DNA of 27,849 nucleotides. Origin: an uncultured archaeon (GTDB lineage: Archaea > Asgardarchaeota > Hermodarchaeia > Hermodarchaeales > Hermodarchaeaceae). Of this stretch, positions 8,179 to 17,711 are shown piece after piece. The stretch spans positions 1 to 27,849 of the forward strand of contig CAYFXC010000024.1 of assembly GCA_964347045.1 (NCBI GenBank). The letters run 5' to 3'. Each line of letters starts with the position of its first letter. Positions within the stretch are counted from its first letter, which is position 1. Under the pieces are notes generated by a model. That model was not told the origin of the DNA, made no database searches, and saw nothing but the letters and a program-made list of their open reading frames with translations. The position numbers and the translations under genes are program-made.

Positions 8179-8958
8179 TTAGAATGGGAAGCCCCAGAAA
8201 AACCATTCCGGTAGGAGATATGGAAAGTGAATTCGTAAAATAAAGGTTACATAAAGAACAAAAGCAAGGACCAGAGTTGTTATCAGCATTATGCTGTAAT
8301 CGCGTTTCTGAAGCTTGAGTTCATAAAGGCTGGTTCGTGTGACAGTGGACCCAAAGGCACGAGATTCCAAACTCTCCGCGACTTGAAGGGCGCGGCGAAT
8401 AGAGCTGACAATTATCGGGATAAGGATGGGGATGTAGTTGCGTACTTTTTGAAAGACATTACCTCGTTCTAATTCTAGCCCACGTGACATTTGGGCATCA
8501 CGAATGGTTTCGGTTTCGGAAGCAATAGTTGGAACGTAACGAACCGCCATTGAAAACGCAAAGGCAAATTCATATGGGATGTGCATTTTGATGAGAGCCA
8601 GGGCGAAATCATCAGGATGCACCGTAAGAAAGAAGAGTGAGAACGCAGTCATGAGTACAATTAACCGTAACACAGTTGATACAGCAAAGGAGAAGGAAAT
8701 GAAGAAGGAATTGATAATTAGGATAAAGCCAGCAAGATAGGCAAGCCCTCGAAGGCTTCTGAACCATTGTCGGGTTGACCGAGCAAGGATAATGAAAGGA
8801 AGCATAGATAGCAAAATAATGAGTAGTGGAATGATTTGGAGAAAAAGCATACCGATAATTGAAAAACCTACAGCCATGTAAAAAGTGGTCCGAGGGTCAA
8901 GGCGGTGCATGAAAGTGTCTTTTTGTTTGAAACGAAATGCTTCAAAGATTGCGGCCAT
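8179..8958 (-). CDS. ecfT: ECF transporter transmembrane component T
   Basis: HRLDPR, AVRYVP, AQMSRG and SLESRAF motifs. Confidence 0.93.
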   Translation of the reverse strand: MAAIFEAFRFKQKDTFMHRLDPRTTFYMAVGFSIIGMLFLQIIPLLIILLSMLPFIILARSTRQWFRSLRGLAYLAGFILIINSFFISFSFAVSTVLRLIVLMTAFSLFFLTVHPDDFALALIKMHIPYEFAFAFSMAVRYVPTIASETETIRDAQMSRGLELERGNVFQKVRNYIPILIPIIVSSIRRALQVAESLESRAFGSTVTRTSLYELKLQKRDYSIMLITTLVLAFVLYVTFILRIHFPYLLPEWFFWGFPF

Positions 8959-8965
8959 GCATTGC

Positions 8966-9793
8966 TCACCTCTGACTCCTAATGAGTTGGTTGACTGCCT
9001 CCACTGCTTCGGGAATAGTAGCCACGTTAGCGGGGAACAGGGGAAACTGTTTAGTAAGTTGATGGGCTAGCTGTGTGAGTTGGGGGGGTAAAAGACGGGC
9101 GCGATCTAAGATCTGGGGATTACTCAGAATTTGCTGTGGTGCTCCATCGGCTATCAATTGCCCCTGTGAGAGAATGAGAAGACGGTCAACGGCTTTTATG
9201 GCAAATTCCACATCGTGGGTGACAAGCAACAAAATATGCTCTGGGTCTCGAAACCCGTCCATTAATTTGAGAAGTTTTTCCTTTTGTAGTGCATCTTGGG
9301 CTTGAGTGGGTTCATCTAGGATGAGAATACTCGGTTCAATACAGAGAACGGAAGCCAACGCTAACCGTTTTCTTTCACCACCACTGAGTAAAAACGGGGA
9401 TTGCCCTTGGTACTTAGTGAGTTCAAACAATTCTAAATATCGGGTTACACGATTGTCAATCTCTTCCTTTGAAAAGTCAAGGTTTCGTAAAGCAAAGGCT
9501 ATTTCGCTTTGCAAGGTATCGGCGAAAAGTTGGTGATCTGCGTTCTGAAACACAAAACCTACTTTTTTCGCTAATTGTGCTGTTGATGTTTCGCGAGTGT
9601 CTATCCCATCAACATAAACTGCTCCTCTCGTTGGTTTTAGCAGCCCATTAATCTGTTTGACCAAGGTTGTTTTTCCAGCGCCATTTTCGCCCATGAGACC
9701 AATAACTTGCCCAGGCTGAATTTCAAGATTCAGATTACGAAGAACGGGGTGACCCGGTTCATATTCAAATCCTACATCGTTGAAAAGAATCAA
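8966..9793 (-). CDS. ecfA2: ECF transporter ATPase (A' subunit)
   Basis: Walker A GENGAGKT, VFQNADHQ, LSGGE, Walker B ILILDEP, THD. Confidence 0.9.
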   Translation of the reverse strand: MILFNDVGFEYEPGHPVLRNLNLEIQPGQVIGLMGENGAGKTTLVKQINGLLKPTRGAVYVDGIDTRETSTAQLAKKVGFVFQNADHQLFADTLQSEIAFALRNLDFSKEEIDNRVTRYLELFELTKYQGQSPFLLSGGERKRLALASVLCIEPSILILDEPTQAQDALQKEKLLKLMDGFRDPEHILLLVTHDVEFAIKAVDRLLILSQGQLIADGAPQQILSNPQILDRARLLPPQLTQLAHQLTKQFPLFPANVATIPEAVEAVNQLIRSQR

Positions 9794-10629
9794 CGGCCTA
9801 CCTCCTTGAGAATTGTTCCCACAGCTTCGTCGACAGAAAGCGGAGTTGTTGAGCGAATTCGAAGGTTATCCACTTGTTTTAATAACTGGATCATACTTGG
9901 GACAGCTACACCAATTTGAGAAACCAAAGGATTGTTAAAAACATCTCCAGGTAATCCTTTGGCCACAATTTTCCCATTATCGAGGACAATCAGTTCATGG
10001 ATATGTGGCAAAACAAGTTCCAATCGATGTTCAATAAGTAGGACAGTTAGTTGCATTTCTTGGTTTAATTTCGCAATCAGTTGTAAAATCTCAAAGGCAG
10101 AAAAAGGATCAAGATTTGCGGTTGGCTCATCTAATACTAAGATATCAGGTTCTAAGGCTAAAACCGCAGCAATCGCTACACGTTGTTGTTCGCCGCCAGA
10201 CAGTTCATAGGGTGCTTTAGCACGGAGCTCTTCAAGATGGTGTTGGTGAATCAGAGTTTCTATCCGTTTACGGATTTCATCACGAGAGACCCCAAGATTT
10301 TCCGGTCCGAATGCCAGTTCGCGTTCTACAGTGGGAGCAACTAGTTGATTTTCTGGGTTTTGGAATACAAGCCCAACTTTCTGGGCAAGTTCATGCGCAC
10401 GATGTTCCTGAGAGTTCAACCCCTGAACGATGACGGTGCCTTCTAGGTCACCGGGATGAAAATGGGGAATAAGACCATTCAAGCAGCGCGCAAGTGTGGT
10501 CTTCCCACATCCGCTTGGTCCGACGAGTCCAATAAAAGCGCCTTGAGGAATAGAAAGAGAAATGTTATCGAGCACTTTGGCATCTGAACCCGAATAAGTG
10601 AAAGAAAGTTGGTTGATTTCAATGCTCAC
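9790..10629 (-). CDS. ecfA1: ECF transporter ATPase (A subunit)
   Basis: GPSGCGKT, VFQNPENQ, LSGGEQQR, LVLDEP, EH. Confidence 0.9.
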   Translation of the reverse strand: MSIEINQLSFTYSGSDAKVLDNISLSIPQGAFIGLVGPSGCGKTTLARCLNGLIPHFHPGDLEGTVIVQGLNSQEHRAHELAQKVGLVFQNPENQLVAPTVERELAFGPENLGVSRDEIRKRIETLIHQHHLEELRAKAPYELSGGEQQRVAIAAVLALEPDILVLDEPTANLDPFSAFEILQLIAKLNQEMQLTVLLIEHRLELVLPHIHELIVLDNGKIVAKGLPGDVFNNPLVSQIGVAVPSMIQLLKQVDNLRIRSTTPLSVDEAVGTILKEVGR

Positions 10630-10635
10630 AACAAG

Positions 10636-11706
10636 TCACCCTTCAGCACCTTTATCAGAGGCCGGCTGAGATTGGCCATGATCCGCCTTTAGAGTTTTCC
10701 GGAGTAATTGAAGTGCAAGCCCCAGAGCGTAATCACTTGAAGCAACACCATTTGCCCCTGCCGCTGAAGGGTGACCACCACCCGCGCCTCCAATCATTTC
10801 ACCTAAGGGCTCCATGACATCCCTTGCAAGATCAAGGCCCCTTTCACTGGTTACGGCAAGAGTTGAACGCGCACTAATACGAACTTCATCTTTTTTTGTA
10901 GCAGAAGCTATCGCAATGTCGGCGCCTAAACCGATTAGAGCCCGACAGGCACTAGCCTCAAATGATCGGATTTTAGTAGCCGCAATGAGAAGATCGAATT
11001 CATCATAAATCACAACCCGTTGGGCGGCTTTCAACCGAGCGACGCGTTCAGATTTATCTAGCGGTGTTGACAGAAGAGTAAGCACCCGTTCATAATCTGC
11101 GCCCTTTTGCAGTAACATGAGAAAATTTTCAAAGGTACTTTGCACGGCAATACGAAAGTGCCGTGAATCATAGACCAACCCACAGGCTAGCTGTGTTGCT
11201 GCATCCACAGTCAATTCATCGGAAACTTCATGCCAAAGCTTTAGGATAAGCTCGGCTGTTGACCGAATTTGGTCATCAAACAGAACATAATTCGTTAGTT
11301 TGGGGAGATCCCTATGCGGAGCATGATGATCTACACAAAAAATCGTGGAACCCTTTTTCGGTAGATTCGCTGCAAGAGTACCAATCTGCTCAATATTATT
11401 CAAATCGATTAAAATGATGGTCGAGTGCTTACCAAGATCCTCAGGGGGGGCGATTTCTATATCGAAAAATGTTGCAATATTTTTTGCAGAACGGTTTAGG
11501 CTTTCGGCAAATATCTGTGAACGAACCTTACCTTTTAGATGTAGAAGCTGAGCTAAGGCGGCAGCGCTCCCAATAGCATCAGGATCCGCACTCTGATGAA
11601 GAATTAATGCTACCTGGTCTTTTACCTTCTCTAATAGTGTACCAAGGAATTGGGAAGGATTAAGTTTCTTCAACGAACGTCCCGCCGTCTTCAAGATTAG
11701 ATTCAA
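10636..11706 (-). CDS. DHH/DHHA1 family phosphoesterase (NrnA-like)
   Basis: HQSADPDA, LID, VDHH, YDS and GGGHPSAAG motifs; conserved position after pfdB. Confidence 0.92.
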   Translation of the reverse strand: MNLILKTAGRSLKKLNPSQFLGTLLEKVKDQVALILHQSADPDAIGSAAALAQLLHLKGKVRSQIFAESLNRSAKNIATFFDIEIAPPEDLGKHSTIILIDLNNIEQIGTLAANLPKKGSTIFCVDHHAPHRDLPKLTNYVLFDDQIRSTAELILKLWHEVSDELTVDAATQLACGLVYDSRHFRIAVQSTFENFLMLLQKGADYERVLTLLSTPLDKSERVARLKAAQRVVIYDEFDLLIAATKIRSFEASACRALIGLGADIAIASATKKDEVRISARSTLAVTSERGLDLARDVMEPLGEMIGGAGGGHPSAAGANGVASSDYALGLALQLLRKTLKADHGQSQPASDKGAEG

Positions 11707-11730
11707 GGGCGGAAAAGCCAGTATGTAATA

Positions 11731-12096
11731 CTAGCCAGCAGGAGCGGTACCTGGTTGTCCAAGCATCCCGCGAAGAGTTTCTTGGAGTGTATCGTATTGT
11801 TTGCGTAATTGGGCTTCTTGTTTTTCAAGGGATTTGACTCGAAGCTCAAGCGCCTCAATCTGTTCTTTCAAATTTTTATTTGCCTTTGTTTTTGTTGTTC
11901 TAAATAGTAGCGGTCCGGAAGCTTGATAGATTACACTTTTTGCAGTCAACCCCTTTATTTGCTCTTGAGCATTTTTGGTTTCAGCTAATTGCTGTTTAAC
12001 CTGAAGTAGAAGGGCCGTGACATATTGTAGACTATCACGTGTTTGCTGTACTCTAACAAGTTGTTGACGAACACGCGGTGGAAGCTCTTCACCCAT
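11731..12096 (-). CDS. pfdB: Prefoldin beta subunit
   Basis: LPPRVRQQL start, coiled coils flanking the IYQASGPLLF hairpin, LELRVKSLEKQE. Confidence 0.92.
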   Translation of the reverse strand: MGEELPPRVRQQLVRVQQTRDSLQYVTALLLQVKQQLAETKNAQEQIKGLTAKSVIYQASGPLLFRTTKTKANKNLKEQIEALELRVKSLEKQEAQLRKQYDTLQETLRGMLGQPGTAPAG

Positions 12097-12358
12097 TTTT
12101 CTTCACCGTAAATTGGTGTACACCATCAGCCACCACATATAGACGCATCAGCGTTGTTGCCGCAGCGCGAAGGGCTGTTACATCCTTGGCGGTGAGGTGA
12201 AACACTATTTTATTTTTGTTAGATTTACTGTGAAACTTGACTCTTTTTGAATCTATCGACGTGAATTCCGGTTCAAGGGCTAACCAAATGGCCTCTTGTT
12301 TTTTGGAACTTTCAGAATGAAATGTGATTGAAAGGGTATAGGAATGAGGTGTTACCAT
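12089..12358 (-). CDS. pcc1: KEOPS complex subunit Pcc1
   Basis: ALEPE...AKDVTALRAA motif; 89 aa; superoperon position. Confidence 0.88.
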   Translation of the reverse strand: MVTPHSYTLSITFHSESSKKQEAIWLALEPEFTSIDSKRVKFHSKSNKNKIVFHLTAKDVTALRAAATTLMRLYVVADGVHQFTVKKNG

Positions 12359-12912
12359 CGTTTCTCTTCTCCCATAGGTCGAGTTAGAAAGTGTTTTATT
12401 TTCATTGAAGGGCCAAGAAGTTGTGTTTCGTTGGGTGATACAAAATCTATTGCTTTATAGCGTGCTATTCCAACGCGGAGAACCGCTGTATTATCTTGTA
12501 AATTTGGTAGAGCGGCTCGTTGAATACAGGGAACCTTTAAGGCTTCAGCCAGCAGTTTAGCCTTATTTAGATCAAAAGACACATCTGGAAGAACGACCAC
12601 CTTTTTGATGTTTCGGGGTGGATTATGTTGACCTTCGCGAAGTAATTGGGTAGATTTGATAATTATTGTTGGTGGAAAAAACTCCCAAGCGTCCCCTGTA
12701 TATTGCAAAAAACCGATGCGCCCAGGATTCCCGTGAAACCCACCCACAAGAAGCAGGCGGGTAGCTCCTTGTTCATAGGCGGCATCGCAAAAGTCAGCAA
12801 ATCCTTGCTTCCCGCGTGTTAGACGAATAGAACCTGGAATCACTCTAGCGAGTTCCTTAATAAAACTACGAATACGTTGCGTGGGCTTACGAGTTGTGCC
12901 AATGGCAATCAC
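12352..12912 (-). CDS. Brix-domain (Imp4-like) ribosome biogenesis protein
   Basis: [21 protein letters not shown] and GPSM motifs. Confidence 0.88.
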   Translation of the reverse strand: MIAIGTTRKPTQRIRSFIKELARVIPGSIRLTRGKQGFADFCDAAYEQGATRLLLVGGFHGNPGRIGFLQYTGDAWEFFPPTIIIKSTQLLREGQHNPPRNIKKVVVLPDVSFDLNKAKLLAEALKVPCIQRAALPNLQDNTAVLRVGIARYKAIDFVSPNETQLLGPSMKIKHFLTRPMGEEKRW

Positions 12913-13184
12913 GTTGATCGCCGACTTACCGACCGTTCACGAAAAGAGCGGAGAATTTTTTGTGCATCTGTAGTTGGCATATAGGCCCCGCCGGTGAAGG
13001 TATGACCGCATTTTCGGCATTTCCAAATACCTGTTGAAATCCGGCGTACGGCTTTGGTTTGGCAACTAGGACACTTGTGTAAGACTTTCATATTAGCCTC
13101 AATTTTTGCTACACGTTGACGAAGCGTGACCCCATAGCGGGCACCAAAGCGTCCTGCTCGTCCAGCTTTTTTCGTACGTCCCAT
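12909..13184 (-). CDS. rpl37ae: 50S ribosomal protein L37Ae (eL43)
   Basis: [12 protein letters not shown]...WKCRKC zinc ribbon, FTGGAY. ATG 13184 preceded by AGGTGA. Confidence 0.97.
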   Translation of the reverse strand: MGRTKKAGRAGRFGARYGVTLRQRVAKIEANMKVLHKCPSCQTKAVRRISTGIWKCRKCGHTFTGGAYMPTTDAQKILRSFRERSVSRRST

Positions 13185-13192
13185 TGAAGTGC

Positions 13193-13993
13193 TCACCTTT
13201 TGGGAAGCTGTTTGCGCATCTTTTTAATAATTTTGCTCGCACGTTCAATACAGTCTGTGACCTCTTGACGGCTGAAAGAAGTGGTTCCCCACTTTTGCAT
13301 TGAAGCAAGTGTGTCGTCTCCATCGATGGCAATGGAAAGACGCCCATCCAAAACCCGTTCCTCTTCGAGATTTGGATCAGCAACAATATGATCGCCAAGT
13401 TTTGCGAAAGTAATTGTTAACGGCGGGGACCCCATTTGGAGTGGGGTAGTCTCTTCCAATATTTCAGCATCACCTTCATCGGTGACATTAACCTTTGGGA
13501 TTTTAGTATTCATTAAGGCACTAATAGCGGCAAGTGAGGAAGCATCTATGAGATTCCCATGGTCTGCGAGTACATATAGATCTACTAAGACCATGTAAAC
13601 AAACTCGCCAGATTTGATACAAAGATCAGTTCGTTGAATGGCGCTAGAATGGCGAATACCTCGATCAACAACTCGAGCTAATTCAATAGCCTGTTCGCCC
13701 GGAGGACCTAATTCAAAAGTCGGTGATGCAATGGGTGAAAGTTCTGAGGAAGTAATGATTACACCTTCGTCAGGAGTATCAGAAAAGGGTTTTCCAACCT
13801 GAATTTTTACGCCAGCTACCACACGGGTCTCACCTAACCATGCTTCGGCAGAACCTTCCGCTTTTGAGATGAAATCTTGTGTTATTTTGATTGGGCGAAC
13901 ATCATCAACGTCTCTACCGTCAAGGCGTTTTCCTTCACGCAGTAGTGCTAAAATTTGTTCACGTTCAATTTCAGTTACGATTTCCATCTTCAA
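13193..13993 (-). CDS. rrp42: Exosome subunit Rrp42
   Basis: [34 protein letters not shown] and VADPNLEEE motifs. Confidence 0.96.
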   Translation of the reverse strand: MKMEIVTEIEREQILALLREGKRLDGRDVDDVRPIKITQDFISKAEGSAEAWLGETRVVAGVKIQVGKPFSDTPDEGVIITSSELSPIASPTFELGPPGEQAIELARVVDRGIRHSSAIQRTDLCIKSGEFVYMVLVDLYVLADHGNLIDASSLAAISALMNTKIPKVNVTDEGDAEILEETTPLQMGSPPLTITFAKLGDHIVADPNLEEERVLDGRLSIAIDGDDTLASMQKWGTTSFSRQEVTDCIERASKIIKKMRKQLPKR

Positions 13994-14908
13994 TCACTCC
14001 TTGGCTTCTAAGGCCTCGTCTTTTGTCTTCGAGGGTTTACGCTTTTTTGTTGTCTTGGGTTTGTCTTCCGTTTTTTCAGTTTTTGGTCGTTTAACCCGTT
14101 TTTTCGTAGGTTTAGGTTCTTTCTTGGGTTTCTCTTCCTCCGGAGGGGGAGTTTCAACGGTGTCATCAATCTTTTCCCGAATTTTTGCATATTTTTCAAG
14201 GAGTACAGCTCTTTGCATTTCTTGGATTTGATGAGCACCATCTTCCGCCAATCGAAGCACTTCCCTAAATTCTGTAAGGGATAGTTTTCCATCCATTTGA
14301 AGAAGAGTAATTTCACCACGATCCGGAGCCATTGCTAAGGGAACATCAGCCTCACCGATTTTGTCTTCGATATCACTCAAATCTAATGCCACTTTGCCAT
14401 CAATCTTTCCAGCGGCAACACCGGCGATTAGACCTCGCATTGGGATTCCCGCATCGGCGAGAGCCAATGACGCTGCTGTGGCGCCTGCACAACGAGAGCC
14501 TCCATCGGCTTCAAGAACCATGATGAAAACATCAATTGCAGCGCGGGGATACATCTTCAGAAATAACATAGGTTCAAGCGCTTGACGAAGAACCATTGAG
14601 ATTTCATGTTCTCGACGACTTGGAGCGGGTCGTTTTCGGTCAGATACAGAAAATGTAGCCATTCGATAATTCACTCGGAGTAACGCTCGATCTGATTGCG
14701 CAAGGTGTCGAGGATGAAGCTCGCGGGGTCCATAAACCGCTACCACAATCTTGTTTCGACCTTGTTCGATGTATGCAGATCCATCCGCGCGGCTAAGATT
14801 TCCAACTTCTAAGCGTATCGGTCGAAGTTCATCGAGCTTTCGACCGTCCGTGCGGCGCCCCTTAGAATCTATTAAAGGCTGTTCTGCTTCAACTTTTTTA
14901 TCACTCAT
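13994..14908 (-). CDS. rrp41: Exosome catalytic subunit Rrp41 with Lys/Glu/Pro-rich C-terminal tail
   Basis: RTDGR, ADGSAY, YGPRE, ADGGSR, EDKIGEADVP and LLQMDG motifs. Likely ATG at 14908 (GGTGA SD). Confidence 0.97.
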   Translation of the reverse strand: MSDKKVEAEQPLIDSKGRRTDGRKLDELRPIRLEVGNLSRADGSAYIEQGRNKIVVAVYGPRELHPRHLAQSDRALLRVNYRMATFSVSDRKRPAPSRREHEISMVLRQALEPMLFLKMYPRAAIDVFIMVLEADGGSRCAGATAASLALADAGIPMRGLIAGVAAGKIDGKVALDLSDIEDKIGEADVPLAMAPDRGEITLLQMDGKLSLTEFREVLRLAEDGAHQIQEMQRAVLLEKYAKIREKIDDTVETPPPEEEKPKKEPKPTKKRVKRPKTEKTEDKPKTTKKRKPSKTKDEALEAKE

Positions 14909-14909
14909 A

Positions 14910-15611
14910 TTATTCACCATTTAATTCAGCAAGCTTAGCGTTTACGATGTCGCGAACGCGATCTGTTAAGCCACTAGTGTGGGCTTCGCGTTCAATTTGA
15001 CGAATTGCTTCGACAGCAATGTTCATTCGATCAGGATTTCCCTTCATCCAAACAATCCCGTTCTGTCCGACGACGATATCGATTTGAAGGTCGGATTTGA
15101 GCATATTAATCATCGATCCTTTTCGGCCAATTAGCCGGGGAACACGGGTGGAAACAATTGTTATTATAGTTCCGCCACGAATTTTGCCCAGCCCACGACC
15201 AAGAGTAGTCACTAAGGGATCCCTCGTTCGGTCCGCTGCAATGATTTCAGCGACAACCGTTTCACCAACATCATAATATCTTCGGAGATTATCTTTAGCC
15301 CTTGCCGCATCACGGCGAGATAGCGCATGAATGACGGGAAGCAATGCGGGATAAGGGCTGTTAAAATCTAGAAGCCAACCATTCAACGTGACTTCTACAA
15401 CTTTTCCAATAATGATATCTCGGATTTTCGGTATGTATTGTCCTTTCAAGGGAACAACATAAACCATTTTGCCTTTCATTTTCGCCACACCAATAACTGA
15501 GGCGAACACTTTTTCTTGTTCCTTGTATGCACCATCACCGTTACGATAATCGCCTTCGGCAAGGAGCTGTCCCGGAACGACAATATCTTGTTGTTCAAAA
15601 TGGATTGACAC
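14910..15611 (-). CDS. rrp4: Exosome RNA-binding subunit Rrp4 (S1 + KH)
   Basis: VVPGQ, YIPK..DIIIG, VPRLIGRKGSMI, VGQNG and EAHTSGLTD motifs. Confidence 0.96.
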   Translation of the reverse strand: MSIHFEQQDIVVPGQLLAEGDYRNGDGAYKEQEKVFASVIGVAKMKGKMVYVVPLKGQYIPKIRDIIIGKVVEVTLNGWLLDFNSPYPALLPVIHALSRRDAARAKDNLRRYYDVGETVVAEIIAADRTRDPLVTTLGRGLGKIRGGTIITIVSTRVPRLIGRKGSMINMLKSDLQIDIVVGQNGIVWMKGNPDRMNIAVEAIRQIEREAHTSGLTDRVRDIVNAKLAELNGE

Positions 15612-15626
15612 GATTGGTAAAGCCTC

Positions 15627-16376
15627 CTATAATGTTTCCTTTTTTAGAATCTTAATTTCTGCTCGACCACGAGTTAGATTGTTGAGGGCATCAATAAGCT
15701 CACCCCGGAGCCCAGCGGGAACTTCAACGATAGCGATCCACGAGCCATCTTTTTGCCATTCGTCTTTTGCAATATGACCTTGGCGTTCAACAATTCCGTA
15801 TGCTTTGGGAGCAAAGTCAGAAGGAATCTTTATTGCGATTTGTTGAAGTTCCATACGAATGGGAATTATTGGTTGCAGTGCTTTGACAACGTCTCGTGCT
15901 TGTTCTTCAGCTGTCTGAGTGGAGTCGATGACCACATGAGCTTCATCCATAGCCGATTCAATTCGAGCGGGAGGATGTGGTAGCCCAGTTTTTGGATTAA
16001 TTGAGTTACGAACAATGAGATCAATCACTTGCCGCCGGCGCTTATCTACCATCTCACGGCGTTGTTCTGTTGTAAGCTGAAGAGACCCCTTTTCAAGAAT
16101 TATTCGGGCGATTTCAAGCTCATCAGATGTTCCAAAAGCGCCTTCTAGATTTTCAGAAGGAGCCTTCCTACTTCGCAATGCATCCTCGAAAATTGTTTCG
16201 CCCCGAAGAACTTCACGGAGTTCGACTTCTTCACCCTGCTTGAAACTCCACGCAAGTTTAGGGTCTACAATAACTTCGAATCGATGTCCATGTGTGTCTA
16301 GCCTAGCTAAAGCGGCATCACCCAAATCGACACGTTTGTCGCCCCGTATTCCACCCATTCCTGACATAATTGTCAC
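15627..16376 (-). CDS. sdo1: Ribosome maturation protein SBDS/Sdo1
   Basis: RFEV.VDP, LQLTTEQRR, NPKT..PHPP.RIE.AM and WQKDGSW motifs. Confidence 0.96.
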   Translation of the reverse strand: MTIMSGMGGIRGDKRVDLGDAALARLDTHGHRFEVIVDPKLAWSFKQGEEVELREVLRGETIFEDALRSRKAPSENLEGAFGTSDELEIARIILEKGSLQLTTEQRREMVDKRRRQVIDLIVRNSINPKTGLPHPPARIESAMDEAHVVIDSTQTAEEQARDVVKALQPIIPIRMELQQIAIKIPSDFAPKAYGIVERQGHIAKDEWQKDGSWIAIVEVPAGLRGELIDALNNLTRGRAEIKILKKETL

Positions 16377-16387
16377 CTAATCACGAA

Positions 16388-17110
16388 TTACGAAGAGTCT
16401 AATATTTGTTGGATAGTCTTTTTGTCTACTTGTTCGAATTTCTTATCAACTGTTGTTATTTTTGCAGCCACAATTCCTTCAGGGTGAAGAGGTGTAGAGG
16501 CAGTTTCTTTGTGAATTCGAATTGCTAGATTTAAGGCTTCATCGACTTTTAGTAAAGGAGAATATTCCTTTTCCAACACGGTATTCATTTGGTTAGCGCC
16601 CATACCGACAGCATGGGCTTTGTAGCTCCAAAACCCGCCTATGGGAGTCGTTAGATAAAGTTGGGGAGTAGAGTCAACACCGATTATGAGAAAAGAAACG
16701 CCATAAGGTCGGGTTCCTCCCTGCTGGGTGTAGGATTGAATGTGATCACTGAGTTTCTTACTAAGCGTTTTTACTGAAATGGACTCATCGAATGTGAGAC
16801 GGTTAATTTGCGCTAGCTCTCGCGCATAGCGAACGAGTGAACGGGCATCACCGGATAATCCGGCAATTGCGATGCCGATGGATTCATCAATTGTAAATAT
16901 TTTGTCATTATGGTTGGGTTCTTGGAGGGAATGTTTTCTTAGTGCGGCAGTTAAAATCACACCATCTGAGCAACGAATACCCAAAATTGGAGTACCTTTT
17001 CGAACCGCCTCATTGGCGTATTCTACCTGAAATAGGCGTCCCTCAGGACTAAATGTAGTCAAGGCAATATCATAGTCTTGGGTGTTACTGAACAACGAGG
17101 GGTCCTCCAT
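16388..17110 (-). CDS. psmA: 20S proteasome alpha subunit
   Basis: YD..LTTFSPEGRLFQVEYA.EAV, AGLSGDAR and YTQ.GG.RPYGVS motifs. The true start may be TTG 17095 (MFSNTQDY), with GGAGG upstream. Confidence 0.96.
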   Translation of the reverse strand: MEDPSLFSNTQDYDIALTTFSPEGRLFQVEYANEAVRKGTPILGIRCSDGVILTAALRKHSLQEPNHNDKIFTIDESIGIAIAGLSGDARSLVRYARELAQINRLTFDESISVKTLSKKLSDHIQSYTQQGGTRPYGVSFLIIGVDSTPQLYLTTPIGGFWSYKAHAVGMGANQMNTVLEKEYSPLLKVDEALNLAIRIHKETASTPLHPEGIVAAKITTVDKKFEQVDKKTIQQILDSS

Positions 17111-17243
17111 TAACGCCTAATAAGAAGGGAGTTGTGTGAAAGCCCTCTTACTTTTCGTTGGTCTTGTAGGTTTGCCGATTAGGAATAGCACCTTTAAAAT
17201 CTTGTTATTGACAGAATCCAATTTTGCAGACTATGACTCTGGC

Positions 17244-17636
17244 TTAATCTTGGGCTTGATGAAGATAGTAGATGACGCCGATGCAAAGAAGCCCTGTTAG
17301 GAGCGCGTGAAGCCAGCTGAATCCAATGAACGCAATAACGATAACAATGATTAAGAAAATGATTAGCTCAAACCAACCGGCGGTTTCCCCGTAATATTCT
17401 CGAAGGTTGCCGAAGAGCACGACTAGCCCAATGAATGCTAGTACGAGGAGTAAAATCGCTATCACGCCCGTAACTACAGGACCAATAAAGTCAAGAAAGA
17501 CTCCAATGGGATCCAAGCGCGAGATCATTAATGCCATAAGAATGCTAAAGAAGGCGATAGCTGCTGTACTAATGATCATACTGCGACGCATGAATTGTCT
17601 ATCTCGAGACCTATCTTTGGACATCGCTCGTAGCAA
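17244..17636 (-). CDS. Small four-TM membrane protein of unknown function
   Basis: Four hydrophobic segments and a basic N-terminus; probable ATG at 17624 with GAGGT upstream. Confidence 0.75.
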   Translation of the reverse strand: MLRAMSKDRSRDRQFMRRSMIISTAAIAFFSILMALMISRLDPIGVFLDFIGPVVTGVIAILLLVLAFIGLVVLFGNLREYYGETAGWFELIIFLIIVIVIAFIGFSWLHALLTGLLCIGVIYYLHQAQD

Positions 17637-17711
17637 CCTCTTGTCATGCCGCTTGAGATGCGAAAACTCAAAAGGTGAGGAGCTTTTAAGTCTTTGGCTG
17701 TGGGTTCACGT

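Noticed and set aside
17121-17150. TAAGA-A-GGG / CCC-TCTTA hairpin upstream of psmA
   Set aside because: Only 8 bp with a bulge and a long loop; could easily arise by chance.
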